Shown: positions 15,019 to 28,460 of the stretch, in pieces
How the letters are laid out: the number at the start of each line of letters is the position of its first letter
Numbering within the stretch: the first letter of the stretch is position 1
Assembly: GCA_951406725.2 (NCBI GenBank)
Contig: OX597828.1
Span: forward strand, 63,860,001 to 63,924,000
Length of the DNA: 64,000 bases
Reading direction: 5' to 3'
Source of the DNA: Octopus vulgaris
Lineage: Eukaryota
Translations under genes and position numbers: made by a program
The notes under the pieces: generated by a model
The model's input: only the letters and a program-made list of their open reading frames with translations
Database searches by the model: none
What the model was told of the DNA's origin: nothing

Positions 15019-15399
15019 TGCACGCACGCAAACATACATATATACATACACAGAAACAAGCACACACTCACACATGAGAATAAGTTCTTTCACAGGAAAT
15101 ATGTCGAAAATGCACTTTAAGAAAATTCCTTTTCCTTAAAGTGCATTTCGGCTTTTCTCCTCTCTCCTCCTTTTTCCCCATCACACACACACGCGCACGC
15201 GCGAAAACACATGTATACTTTTATTCACACATGCAGGCTTAATTATTAGTCACTTCCTACCTCTAATAAAAGATAGGCATTTCCCATTAATCATCAATAT
15301 TGAAAATTGTTTGAATACAAATTAGCCAAAGTTAAGTTCACTGCCGAAAGGAAATATTTCGTAATGATGAAATGAACCCAATTAATGGGAAGCAATTAT

Positions 15400-16560
15400 A
15401 CACGCAGAGACACAAAAATTGCCCTGTTAATCAGTCACGCAACACTGAAGTGGTTATCTACCAGGCAGATGTCAACTCCACCAAACCAAAATTAAATCCA
15501 ATGATTAAACACTACGTAGGTATGATCGAAGGTAAATATACATAGACTAACCTCACTTCTTCGTAAATATACAAAAGATGACTTAAAACTATTCAGTTAC
15601 ACCTGGAGATCGTTAGAATGAGTTTCAGCATTCAGTATCAAGGGGAGGCTTCTTGACAGCTGCAAAGCTATTAAAAATGGTAAGAAAATCTACGGATTAT
15701 GCACAACTCAAGAACCTATTCTTTTTAAGAATCTCAGAGTATTGCCCGTGGCCAATGTGGATGTCAACTCAGAGGTCATGAGAAACCGTAATGACTGCTT
15801 CGTAAAGTATTCGTTGAAACACAGCGAGTTTCTACTAACCATTTTCTTGTATTGGTTAACACTTACCTATTTATCACAATCATTCACACACTGTTTTTGT
15901 CTGGGTTAACCAAACATGCGATTTCCTTTACTTCTACAGGCTCTACCTCGTCTACCGTAATTCTCTTCTGTAAATTCACTATACGCTATTACAATATATA
16001 CTCTGAAACACGATTTTAATTAAGAGACTTTACTCTTTCATACGAAAATATTCCAATCACCTTTCGGCATTATTAGGAATCTTACAGCAAACAATAAATG
16101 GAGAGTATGCGAATTATTCTCAGATAGGAACATTTTTAGCAGAGCTGCTCCCTATGACAGCGGCACATTAACAAGTTGCTGCTTTAGCGAGAACCTATCA
16201 TACAATGAACGTTCTCCACACAATAGAAAAAAGTTAGGAAGATAAAGGTCATCAGGATTAATCCACCTTACAACATGGATGTATCTATGAATATAGCCGG
16301 AAAGATTCAATATTCAGTGATATCCTTTGATTGTATTCAAAGAGAAAAATATGGGACTCACAACAAACACGTCTAAAAATAGATGCTATCAACATCTATA
16401 TTCATCAGAATCGAGGGATAAGAAACATTCCATGTCTTGGTTCTAATTTATTTGGAAGCTAAGTCGCTATAGAACTGAAAGTGCCGCTATTGGAAGCGAT
16501 GTGAAACCAATTCTGCTGGTTTGATTAGTGGGAGTATGTTCAGGAGACATACAAGAAAAC
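15400..16560 (+). mobile_element. Degenerate Penelope-like element fragments (RT C-terminal linker and GIY-YIG endonuclease)
   Basis: CPVNQSRNTEVVIYQADV...HYVGMIEG near 15420-15530. IFSRAAPY and RINPPYNMDVSMNIAGK near 16130-16305 match the Penelope-type IIWFNPPYS..V.TNIG motif. Confidence 0.65.
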
Positions 16561-16969
16561 CAACTTACTATTCATTTCTCGTCACTGGACAAAAAACTTT
16601 TGAACAACTACCGTGCATCTTTTCCAGTACCTGTAACTAATCGATACTCTATAAAAACTGCATTGGCACGTAAAGAAGCGACATCAGCAACAGCAACAAC
16701 AGCGGCAGTAGCAGTCATATTACATTTAGCGTTGCAAAAATCAGCTGACCACCCGCGATCAATAAAATTTATCTGATATTTCTAAAATACGACTTTCCTG
16801 ACTTTCCTGCTCGACCGATATTGTTGCAAACATCGCGCATGCTAGAAGCTGGAGTAAAGAAAGTTTGTTTGGGATCAGGTGACTCCTTTAAAGTAAACTG
16901 ATCCCTAAGAATACGTTTTATGATTTGTATTTCGCTGTTTATAAACATAGACGTATACATACATGTGTG

Positions 16970-17053
<84 letters not shown>

Positions 17054-17665
17054 CATATGTATATATATATATACAAACACATATTATGGGTATTTATACG
17101 TATATGAATGTATGCAAATATCTAAGCATGTATATGCATGTATATATGTATACACACACGTATATGCAGTGTGATCGTTAGCAAATTTCGTTGTGTCGAA
17201 TGTGACGAGTTTCCACAAACTGTTGCTGAGGAAGTTGGTTAAGTCTGTTTATATAATTCGATATCTAGAGACAATATCAACTGACCATACATACACGAGC
17301 GTTTGTGCTTGTATATGTGTATATTTATATGTATACACACATATATAGATATATACACATATGTATATCTATACCTGCATACGAGTATATATATGTGAGT
17401 ATATATATGTGAGACGTATACATAAACATATTTATACACACACACATACTCACTTTCTCTCTCTTACACGCACGCACGCACGCACACACACACACACACA
17501 CACATACACACACACACACTCAGACGCACATATGTATACATATTTGCGCACAGATGCTACATTATGCCACCCTACGTCCAGCATATCAATTTTATTAACT
17601 GGTAAATAAGAGTTACAATGGGCGTGGCTTACAATACACAATAATACACACACACCTACATGTAT

Positions 17666-17696
<31 letters not shown>

Positions 17697-18173
17697 CATA
17701 CACACACGTACGCACATTTAATCTTATACTTTTAGTGGAATAACTGAGAGCTTGGTTCTTTCGTATATGGACAAACTAATATATAACCAACAACAAATTA
17801 GTTCCAGATACAGTTTCAGAGAAGTTCACTCGCAGGGGCCCATCACAATTGAGAGTTTTGTACAAAATTAAAATTTTGAAATGGCTGCCATTATTTTAAC
17901 ATTCCAGTGTTTTTACAAACCTCACGAACCCCCGCATGTTCTCCTGCATTATTCCGAGCGTATCAACATTACATGTTAGCAACGTGAAAACCTGTCAATA
18001 TTAGAACCTTACCGACTTCCGGCGCCGTCAATGGAATTTCGAATCACCCGTTCACATTTTATGTATTCGATTACGAAATCATATGAACAAAATGCTTTGA
18101 TTGCGTAAGTGATGGGACAAATATTTATTTTTGTTATGTATGTTTGTATTTATTGCAAGTATAAATGTACTTG

Positions 18174-18310
<137 letters not shown>

Positions 18311-18330
18311 TATATATATATGTATAACAA

Positions 18331-19227
18331 TGAGGTATGATCAATAAGTACCCGGCCTGTTGCCATCGTAACGAAGCTAAAGCACGCAGTGTAAAGCTGC
18401 TTGGCAACGATTGACCTTGAACACTGCTGTGCATGCGCACTAAGTTTTAACTTTTGTAGCTCACTTCCACTATTTACTACAGCGCTTGGAAGGAACGTGT
18501 GTAGCATGTGATCATCGCATTGACCATGACAGAAAAAGTTGTCATGGCGACTTCTGCCCAGAGGCCTAGGCAAAGTTGCAGAAAGTGTATGGAGAGGAGT
18601 GTATGAACCTCACACAAGCATACAAGTGGTTCAGACGTTTCCAAGATGGCCGAAAAAAATGTCGATAGAGACGAACGTTCTGGAAGATCCGCAGCCAGCA
18701 GAACTGAGAAAAACATTGCAGATGTGCGTGCAGCTGTGAGGGGAAATTGTCGAATCACCATCCGTGAATTATCAGAGGATGTGTAGTTTAGTTACGGTTC
18801 AGTTCAGTCCATTATCACTGAAGATTTGGGTATGAGACGCGTGTCTGCCAAGTTTGTGCCCAAAGTGCTTTCAGCTGACCAAAAGGACACCCGGGTTTCA
18901 GTTACAGAATATCTCCTTGATTGCGTCGAGAACGATGGAAACTTTGAAAACTTTGCGGAGGCCTCTCAGCAGGTATCGCCAATCTTTTGGCAAAATTTGA
19001 TGCAGATTTTCTGCTCAACTTTCTCTGTTGTGGTCAATGGGATGATCACACGCTACACACGTTCCTTCCAAGCACTGTTGTAAACAGTGGAAGTGAGCTA
19101 GAACGTGAAAACTTAGTGCGCATGCACAGGAGAGATCAAGGTCTATCTGTGCCAAGCGGTTTCACTCTGCGTGCTTTAACTTCATTACTATAGCAACAGT
19201 CCCGATACTTATTGACCAGACCACCTA
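18331..19227 (+). mobile_element. Mariner-derived non-autonomous element with ~210-bp inverted arms and an N-terminal transposase remnant
   Basis: 18331-18540 is an inverted copy of 19017-19227. The interior encodes YKWFRRFQDGRKNVDRDERSGR...RITIRELSED*...DLGMRRVSAKFVPKVL, which is a mariner HTH plus the WVP linker variant. Confidence 0.9.
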
Positions 19228-19716
19228 CATACATACATACATACATACATACATACATACATACATACATACATACATACATACATGCATACATACATAC
19301 ATACATACATACATACATACATACATACATACATACATACATACATACATACGTACATACATGTAAATATATAGTCAACAGATAAGGTCCAGAGATTCTC
19401 CGTATAGAAGACAGTAGTGCTTAAGCGATTCAAACTTAGACTCCGATGTCTTTACAGCGGAGCAATTCCACAAAGTAAAGAAAGGCTATAAGAGGGATCA
19501 AATTGAGCCGGTTCAGAGTCAATTATGCGGATAAACAAATTAGGTATATGAAATATATTAGGTATATTAGTTAGGTTATGAAATACAAAATATGTATATA
19601 ATAGATATAAAACGAGAGAACCCAAAAGTTTGAGACTTTCAGATTAATTTTTTTAAGTATAAAAATAAAGGTATTTATATTAAGAGAAACTACAGAATAC
19701 AAACGACAGAGAAAAT

Positions 19717-20093
19717 TCTTTCATACTCTAGGCACAAGGCCTGAAATGTTTGTGCAGGGGGCCAGTCAATTAGATCGACCCCAGTACGCAACTGGTACTT
19801 AATTCTTCGACCCCGAAAGGATGAAAGGCAAAGTTGACCTCGGCAGAATTTCGAAATACCTATTTCTTTATTACCCACAAGGGGCTAAACACAGAGAGGA
19901 CAAACAAGGACAGACAAACGGATTAAGTTGAGTATATGGACCCCAATGCGTAACTGGTACTTATTTAATCGACCCCGAAAGGATGAAAGGCAAAGTCGAC
20001 CTCGACGGAATTTGAACTCAGAACGTAACGGCAGACGAAATACGGCTACGCATTTCGCCCGGCGTGCTAACGTCTCTGCCAGCTCACCACCTT
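19717..20093 (-). mobile_element. Composite (dimeric) tRNA-type SINE with a 16-bp target-site duplication
   Basis: The TSD aaacgacagagaaaat occurs at 19701-19716 and 20094-20109. There are two copies of the core gactttgcctttcatcctttcggggtcga, and A/B-box-like motifs in the head. Confidence 0.88.
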
Positions 20094-20477
20094 AAACGAC
20101 AGAGAAAATCAAAAAGGCGGAAGAAAGGTGTTTAATTTTCTCTGTTGTGTGTACTCTTTGTTCGCTGCACCTATTAATATAAATATCTGTATCTTTAGAC
20201 TTATAAATTCATCATCTGAAAGTCTCCACTTATGCTTTCTCTCGTTTTGCATCTATGCACTCATATATATTTTGTATTTCATACCCAAACTAATATGTTT
20301 AATATTTTCGATGTGTCTAATTTGTTTATCTGCATAATTGCCCCCCCCCTCTCTCTTTCTATACACACACACACACACATACACATATATACAACTCACA
20401 TACAATTGATGCCTACACGTGCCTATCTATATCCCTATTTAAGATATGTGGCTGTATTTGTTTGCTCATGCATATCT

Positions 20478-20808
20478 GAGATCCCCTTCGGTCACGACAC
20501 AGACCCTGCGATTGTACCTTGAAAGTTACCCTCCCAGGCACAAATCCAGGGAAGCTTGTTTATGGAAGACTAGCAGTCGCCCATGCAAACCTGCTTCCCC
20601 TCTCTATGCCACCAGTGTTATCCAAGGGAAAGGCAACAACGGATACAGATTGGCACCAGTGACGTCACAACTCATTTCTACAGCTGAGTGAACCGGAGCA
20701 ACGTGAAAATTAGGGTCTTGCTCAAGAACACAACACGCAGCCCGGTCCGGGATTCGAACTCACAACCTCACGATCGTAAGCTCGACGCTCTAACCACTGA
20801 GCCATGCA
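20478..20808 (-). mobile_element. tRNA-derived SINE (family 2)
   Basis: Head is tggctcagtggttagagc...gagttcgaatcc (A and B boxes). A closely similar copy is at 59538-59876. Confidence 0.85.
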
Positions 20809-20895
20809 TATACAGTGTATATAAATAACATGAAAGGAGGGAGAAGCATGTACAATATACCTACGCGCACACATTCACACACAAACAAACACGTA

Positions 20896-20945
<50 letters not shown>

Positions 20946-21744
20946 CATACATATACAAATACAACTTCTCAACTATGTAATTATTCGTCAGCAATAACAT
21001 GAAAACAGATTATCAATGAGATGAAAGAACCTAATAAATTGGGGTCAAACCCGCTCTGTGACCCCACAAATAACGAGAGGGATATCTTTTAGTATTAAAT
21101 AACTGACCCTTATTACAATGAAATCTTTTCATCTCTGTTCTTTCTTGAAGTTTATATTTTCACGCCCGACCAACACATACCACGGCTGTTAGCTTCTACT
21201 TCGTTTCGTTCCGTCAAACCTGACAGGGTTTTTCTTTTAAATTCACCTGAAAGGTATCTTTATTTTTAGATTTGTTTTGTAGTGTTTTGTATGTTGTTTC
21301 TTTATATTTCGTGTATTTTCGTGTTTTTATGTTCTTGATATTTTCTCACTGTTTGTTGTATGGACTCTTGTAGAGTTCATTCGGTACCCCAAAACATTGG
21401 ACCAGAATCCTGATTTGGGTCTCTTATGCGCGGTCCTGTCTTTTACGATCATAGGTGTTGCCCTTTCAGCGGATGTTAAGAGTACAGAAATAGACTTGTT
21501 CGACAATTTTTACACACACACACACACACACACGCACACACAAGCAGACAGACACGTACACATATAAACACACGCACACATATTGCCTATTGCTCATAGT
21601 GAAACTCTACTTAGCTTCGAATAATGTTGCATTGTTGATATAAACATAGGCGTTAAGCCTAACTCCTCATTTCTGAGAAAAGACAAGTTGTTCACGGCAC
21701 AGTTATGCACAATACACGGTCACTGGTACACACACACACAAAGG

Positions 21745-21797
<53 letters not shown>

Positions 21798-23834
21798 AAG
21801 AGAGAGAGATACACACTTGCGCATTTATGTGCCTAAAACATGACAAAGCAGTCATTACAAATAGTGGAGCATCCATATTGTTTTAATCTAAACCGGTTCT
21901 TATTTTTTAATTCAAAGTTTCATGCTTCCGATGGTCATATGATGAGACGTTCGTTACTGTCATAGAATATTTGGATGTGTAGATTATGGATTTCCAAAGA
22001 TAAATGAGATTAGTCTGAGCTAGAAGAATATATGAGGAAGGGAGCAGGAGTGACGAAAGTGTTAGAAAAACGTTTTATCAGTTTCGGAAATCTAAAGTAA
22101 AAAAAGGATCATTAAACCAGTTCGATACATGGTACCTCTCTAGAGGTACCATGCTTCGTACCTAATATGTTTTATTAATCATTAAGCGACATTTAATGTT
22201 TCTTTGCTATTACTCCGCCCATCTCAATTTGATAATTACAGAAATAGACATTAACGTGTTGCCGTGAATATATTATAGAGAAAAACGTGGAAATGTAAAA
22301 GATTTGAATAAAAAAAAATGTAGATGTAACAAGGTGCAGATTGTTGTAAAGTAAAATGGATCTTCATCGCTTACGACGATGAGTTTTCAGTTGTTCGATC
22401 TATTGAATTTACTACTCATTGAATAAACGTATAATTGGCCGAGTATTCCAAATACTCATGAATCTGTTGTTCAGAAGTGAAATCAATATGATACTCTGTG
22501 ATAAGGCTGAATGTTTTAAAATACATGTAAAATCCATTCGATGGGCTTCCCCACCGATTTTGTGGTAAAGGACTTTCTTAAGATGCGACAGTGTGAAACG
22601 AACTATAGACCTCATGATTGCAAAGCAAACTTCTTAACAATTCGGCCAAACCACGCAACCTGTGACGCTAGATCAGGAAATGTCATCCATTGATCTGGTA
22701 CATTTTTATGGGGATCTTCTCAGGTAAGCACAACAGTTAATATAGAATTTAACAGCTTCGACTTTTTACCAATTGATCCTGAAATTGCTCATGTACCTCC
22801 ATTTAAACTCTCAGATATATTGAGATAGTAAAGCAGCATTACAGTTATCAGTATGTCTGTATACATGTTATTACAGCGAGAGCAGATTGTTGTTTCAGCA
22901 CAGCTTATAGAGACCAGCTTATGAGACGTCATCAAAAGAGAAGGGAGTCATATTACTGGTGAGAGATGCATTTAGAAAGATGCTTCCAGCATATTCGTCT
23001 GCTCTTTTATATTTTTAGCTGTGTCTGTCATTGAACTCTGGCTATACTGGAGTGCCACTTTGAAGGGTTTCTCAACCGAATCGACCATTCTATACTTTAA
23101 AGTCGGTTATCAAATGGTGAGAGGCAAACACAAAGGCATGCACGCACACGCCCGCACACATACACTTTATGAAATTCACTTCTTAGGCATCGGTCGTTTT
23201 GCGGCCATAGCAAGAGCCAAGACGAACCCCTGGTGTTATTCCTTGTTATACCAGCAACCGGATTTTATGTACAGCTGCAACTGAATTTGATATTATTTCT
23301 GTTGAAAAGTTTTGTATTAAAAGATGATTGCATGAGAAATGTTTGCACATAACATAAAGATACAAGAATATTGTTGATGTATCAGATAACAAAGTTAAAC
23401 TGAAACGGATGGGAACCAAGCGATTTTTCTAACTGTTTGTTATTTTGCTTGTCTTTTTAATATTACGATGTTGTTGAACGCATTGTTTTTTCTTCTTTAA
23501 ATTTGATCTCCTTCATCGGATCATTGTAACGAACCGTAACCGAGGTAAATGAAGCTTTGTCTTAGATTCGTCTCTTCATCTTACTGTCTAAATAATTCCT
23601 TTCATATAACTAAGGGAGTGGATGTGTTGAATGTATGTCAATGGGTAATTTAAGAAACATGTTTATACGCTTATACACACATCTACATCTATGCATACAT
23701 ACATCTATGCATGCATGCAGGCAAGAATGTGTACATAGATGCAAGTATATACATACACACATACATACGTACATGCATATGTAAAAATATTCAAAATATG
23801 TGTACACACAAATATATATATATATATATATATT

Positions 23835-23961
23835 GGCGTAGGAGTGACTGTGTGGTAAGTAGCTTGCTCCCAACTACATGGTTCCGGGTTCAGTCCCACT
23901 GCGTGGGCCTCGGGCCGACCTTGTTTGTGGATTTGATTGACGGAAACGGAAAGAAGCCCGT

Positions 23962-24048
<87 letters not shown>

Positions 24049-24215
24049 TTCTGTGTTGTTGTGTTTACGTACCCGTAACTTAGCGGTTCGGCAAAAGAAG
24101 CGATAGAATAAGTACGACGCTTACAAAGAATAAATCCTTGGGTAGATTTGTTCGACTAAAGGCGGTGCTCCAGCATGGCCGCAGTCAGTTGACTGAAACA
24201 AGTAAAAGAATAAAA
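23835..24215 (+). mobile_element. tRNA-derived SINE (family 1) with an internal (TA)/(TG) microsatellite
   Basis: Head gagtgactgtgtggtaag...gggttcagtccc. Tail ggtgctccagcatggccgcagtc...gactgaaacaagtaaaaga, shared with many copies in the window. Confidence 0.85.
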
Positions 24216-24448
24216 ATGTGTTTTTAAATCCGAAATCTATCTTGAAATACCGTCCGCACATTCTGTGTGTGTGTGTATATATATATGAACATATCTAATC
24301 ATACATTCTTTTATATATAAATATATAATACACACACATATATATATATATATATGAACATATCTAATCATACATTCTTTTATATATAAATATATAATAC
24401 ACACACACATATATATATATATATATATGAACATATCTAATCATATAT

Positions 24449-24497
<49 letters not shown>

Positions 24498-24500
<3 letters not shown>

Positions 24501-24672
24501 AGAGTTTACGAAAAAAACAAAAGACGAAGACAGGTGGTGTACAAAACAAACAGATGTATTAGTATAACGCTCAGGAATAGAAAAAGTCTTTTACGTTTCG
24601 AGCCTACGCTATTCTACAGAAAGGTATACAGAAAAAACAAGGAGAGAAAAAAATGTGTGTAGTGGCTAACGA
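24498..24672 (-). mobile_element. Penelope-type terminal repeat fragment next to (TA)n, with a degenerate hammerhead
   Basis: Minus strand CTGTAGA-A-TAGC-GTAG-GCTC-GAAA-CGT at about 24593-24619. A related motif is at 29535-29559. Confidence 0.5.
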
Positions 24673-25702
24673 TATTTGTGCATGTACGTATGTGTGTGTA
24701 TGTACTTGATAGTATATGTGTGTAGTTATATATTTGAATAACCCAGGGAGCAGAGGGGTGACGTATCCTGATTACAAAGCTGTCACTTAGTAGAAATGAG
24801 GATGTCATTGATGAGAAGTGAGGACGTAATGATAACAGGTGAACTTGGCCTCTCTGGCGCCGAGAAGAGGCACGGATGTCGACTACGAGCAGTTGTTAGA
24901 TGATAATGGGGACTCGGATTTATTATCTCTCAAATGCTTTCAATTGCTCTGATATGAGTGAATCTCCTTATGTTCTGTTAAGTCCAGTTACCTTGGCAAT
25001 CTTATGAGCAATGGCGGGGGGGTGGGGGTGGACACTGTTCTGAAAGTAATCAAAATCAGGAATGAGATGAAAAAGCTTCAGGGTAACTGCCGCATCTTCT
25101 GACAATACGGGCATTCTGTCTGCAGTTGTATGATGCTTGTGTACGAAGTGCAGTGCTGCATGGTAGTGTATATGGTCGCTGAATGTGGAATGTGTGTAAA
25201 GGATGTAAAGAGACAAGAGTACTCAGCGAGTTGCATAAAGATTGGGCGCATGAACGATGAAGAACAGAAGAACGGAAGAAAAAAAAAAGACTAAGCCCCC
25301 CCCCCGATCCCCAAAGCTTGGATATAAAAGGAATCAGATGTAATGTGCCAGAGAGAAGAGAGCGCTGGTACGGACATGTGATGTTACGTATGGAGGATGA
25401 GATCTGCAGATTCCTTCCACTTACCAGGCTGTGCAAGTGGAAGGAATCTGTAGGAGAACAAATAAGACACGAGAAAAGTAATGAAAATTGATGATAAACG
25501 ACTGAATAACTCAAAGGAGAGAAGAAGGGATCGAAATAGCGAGAGGCTTTTAGTAGAGAAAACCGGTTTAACATACGCGGACAAAGGACAAAAAAAAAAG
25601 GAATAAAAAGGATATTAAATAATGATAATAATGATACTATAAACATACACAAACTCATAGACACTTGCACATATGTACATACATATATAATTACATACAT
25701 TT

Positions 25703-25735
<33 letters not shown>

Positions 25736-25791
25736 TGTGTGTGCGTGCGTCTGTATGTCTGTATATATGTTTGTACATTATATATGTATGT

Positions 25792-25865
<74 letters not shown>

Positions 25866-26230
25866 ATGAATGTATATTTATATATATATATGTATGTATA
25901 TACATATGTGTGTGTGTGTGAATATGTGTATGTGAGAGAGGGTGTTTTGTGTATATACAGGCATGTATCTGTATAGACTGTCAACGGCAGCAGCAATCGA
26001 GTTGACACAGTGTTGACATAGGTGCAGACACTGGTGTTTGCTCTGACGCTGACATTAGCCACGTTCAAAAGAAAGAAGAAATCTAGGTTTAGTGTTGGTT
26101 GTAGTGGTGTCGTAATTAAACAAAATGACTAAGACAAGTGGATTGAATTAAAGCGGCGTGCTTAATCTTAAGTGCAACGACAGGGGAAGAAGCAATGAGC
26201 AAAGGTTATATACATACATTATGCGCATAC

Positions 26231-26279
<49 letters not shown>

Positions 26280-26410
26280 ATATATTTATGTATATGTGTG
26301 TGTATGTTTGTGTGCATGTTGTTCATATACATACATACGTACATGAATATATATATAAACATACATACACACACTCTCTCTCACACTTCTGTCAATGTAT
26401 GTATGTATGC

Positions 26411-26466
<56 letters not shown>

Positions 26467-26603
26467 GTACTCTTTTACTCTTTACTCTTTTACTTGTTTC
26501 AGTCATTTGACTGCGACCATGCTGGAGCACCGCCTTTAATCGAGCAACTCGACCCCGGGACTTATTCTTTTGTAAGCCCAGTACTTATTCTATCGGTCTC
26601 TTT

Positions 26604-26895
26604 TGCAATTTTAAAAGATGTTTATTTACTTGACCGGTTTCACTTTTTTAGAAAAAGATTGTCGAAAGTAACATGTAAAAGCTTTGTCGTATTAGGTACT
26701 GGTTGTCACAAAATATTACAATATATATATACATTCTTTGATAATAATAAAAACATGTTAAGAACAGTTTACAAGGGAAGATTTTCCCTTAAAAAAACCG
26801 GTCAAGTAAATAAACATCTTTTAAAATTGCATTTTCAAACCTTCTTTCATATATAATTCCACCCGTGCGGTACCTTACAACTCCACTTTGTTATA
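26604..26895. mobile_element. Penelope-type terminal repeat with a 37-bp perfect inverted duplication
   Basis: 26604-26640 is the reverse complement of 26795-26831. A tail ending in (TA)n follows, and a hammerhead lies in the left arm. Confidence 0.7.
26626..26671 (-). ncRNA. Minimal hammerhead ribozyme variant (U3-A8, C4; palindromic stem III)
   Basis: Minus strand reads TTACTT-TCGACAA-T-CTTTTT-CTA-AAAAAG-T-GAAA-CCGG-TC-AAGTAA. Confidence 0.65.
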
Positions 26896-26899
26896 TATA

Positions 26900-28460
26900 T
26901 AACTTTGATAAGTTTCGGCCAGTATAAGCCCAGGCTATGTCTAACTCAATAGTACCACCTTTTAGTTATATATGGGGTACCATGGCCCACTCTAGCAAAG
27001 AGTTATTGTTGGAGACATATCCCGGTGTTGGAGGTTGGTCCGGGATTTTTAAAAGAAATTTGTCCAGTGAACATTTGAATTTTATGGGTATCCGTTTCCG
27101 ATTTGACGTATTTTGGTATGGTATTAAAGAGAGCTGGACCGGCTGAGGTAAAGTAATTGTGACGTAATGTTGTTATGTGTGCTGAGTTCGATTTTTGTAG
27201 TGGGCAGATAGCACGGGGGCCAGGTCTTGGATGGATTTTAAAATTGATGTCAACGTTATTTGTGCAATATTGATGGAATATTTTCCACATTAGCCAAATG
27301 ATGTAGCGCTCCCGACGACGTTGGAGAGAGTAGAGATTGAGTTTTTTAGTCGATATTAATAGTCAATGCCTCGCATGCCGTCTGTTTTTCTTGTCTTTGA
27401 CCTCTGGAGTGCTTCCACTTTCATAATGAGTTGCTTCGTATGGGGAGATCACAGTGAACAACAGTATTCAAGGTGGGGTCGGGCAAAAGTAGAGTAGAGA
27501 AGGATGATGGTGTAGGCATCTCTAGACCGGAAAGTTCTCAGAATCCAGGAGCACATCTTGCGAGCTAAGTCACCCTTGCGAGCCAAGTCAACCTTGCTGT
27601 TTACGTGGGAACTCCAGCTTAGATTGTTATCGACAATTACTCCAAGGTCTCTGGTGTTGTTGGATGGCACTAGGGAGTCGCCCGAGGGAAGAGCATATGG
27701 TAATTTCAGAGTCTCCTCTTTTCCAAAGTGGATCAAATCGAACTTCTTCATTTAGAAGCATATTGTCTTTTCCCGCCCATTGGACAATAGCAAATGGATC
27801 TGATTGAAGGCATGTCCGGTCTCACATGCCGTTTACGGCTTTCTGGAATTTGGAATCATCTGCAAAGATTTTCGCTGTAGAATGTTTGATGTCATCTACT
27901 GTGTCGTTGATATAAATACTGAAGGGGAGTGGGCCCAACACAGTACACTGTGGGACACCACTACTGACTTTAGCTGAGCTGGATCGTACTCCCTCAAACA
28001 ACAGGTTGGGTTCTGTTTCTCAGGAAACACTTTATCCACTGCAGCAGCTTTCCACGGACTCCAATGTTGGACAGTTTCTTCAGCAGGATCTTGTTGTTAA
28101 CTCAGTCAAATGCCTTGCTGAAATCAAGGTATGTGACGTCAGTGTTGGAGCCCTCTCCCAACTTTTAAGATGTCATCAAAATGGTGCAAGAGCTGCGACA
28201 GGCAATCCATACCATCACGGAAACCATGCTGGTTGGGGTTCAGCAGATTGTTGTCTTCTAGGAAGGGAGTTATTCGCGATCTCACCACCCTCTCAGATAC
28301 TTTAATGATATGAGAAGTGTGTGAAATTGGACGGTAGTTCTCTGCAAGGGATTTGTTTCTCTTTTTGAAGACTGGAACGACAGACTGGGAAAGAAAATGA
28401 ACAGGAATGTAGCCGGCATCAAGTGAGTTTCTCCAGAGCTCAGCTAGAGGCCTTGTGCAC
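26900..28460 (-). mobile_element. 5'-truncated, decayed CR1/L2-group LINE (RT to 3' end)
   Basis: Motifs: NYRPISHTSHIIKV, QHGFR, DFSKAFD, SGVPQCTVLGP, IFADDSK, RDLGVIVDNNLSW, RPHLEYC. Many frameshifts. Confidence 0.88.

Noticed and set aside
20750-20808. tRNA-like sequences
   Set aside because: These are SINE heads with A/B boxes continuing into SINE bodies, not tRNA genes. No CRISPR-like or rRNA features were seen.
22128-22153. Short palindrome catggtacctct-ct-agaggtaccatg
   Set aside because: An isolated 12-bp arm with no associated element ends.
24730-25620. Possible decayed retroelement ORF on the minus strand
   Set aside because: No motif could be assigned with confidence.
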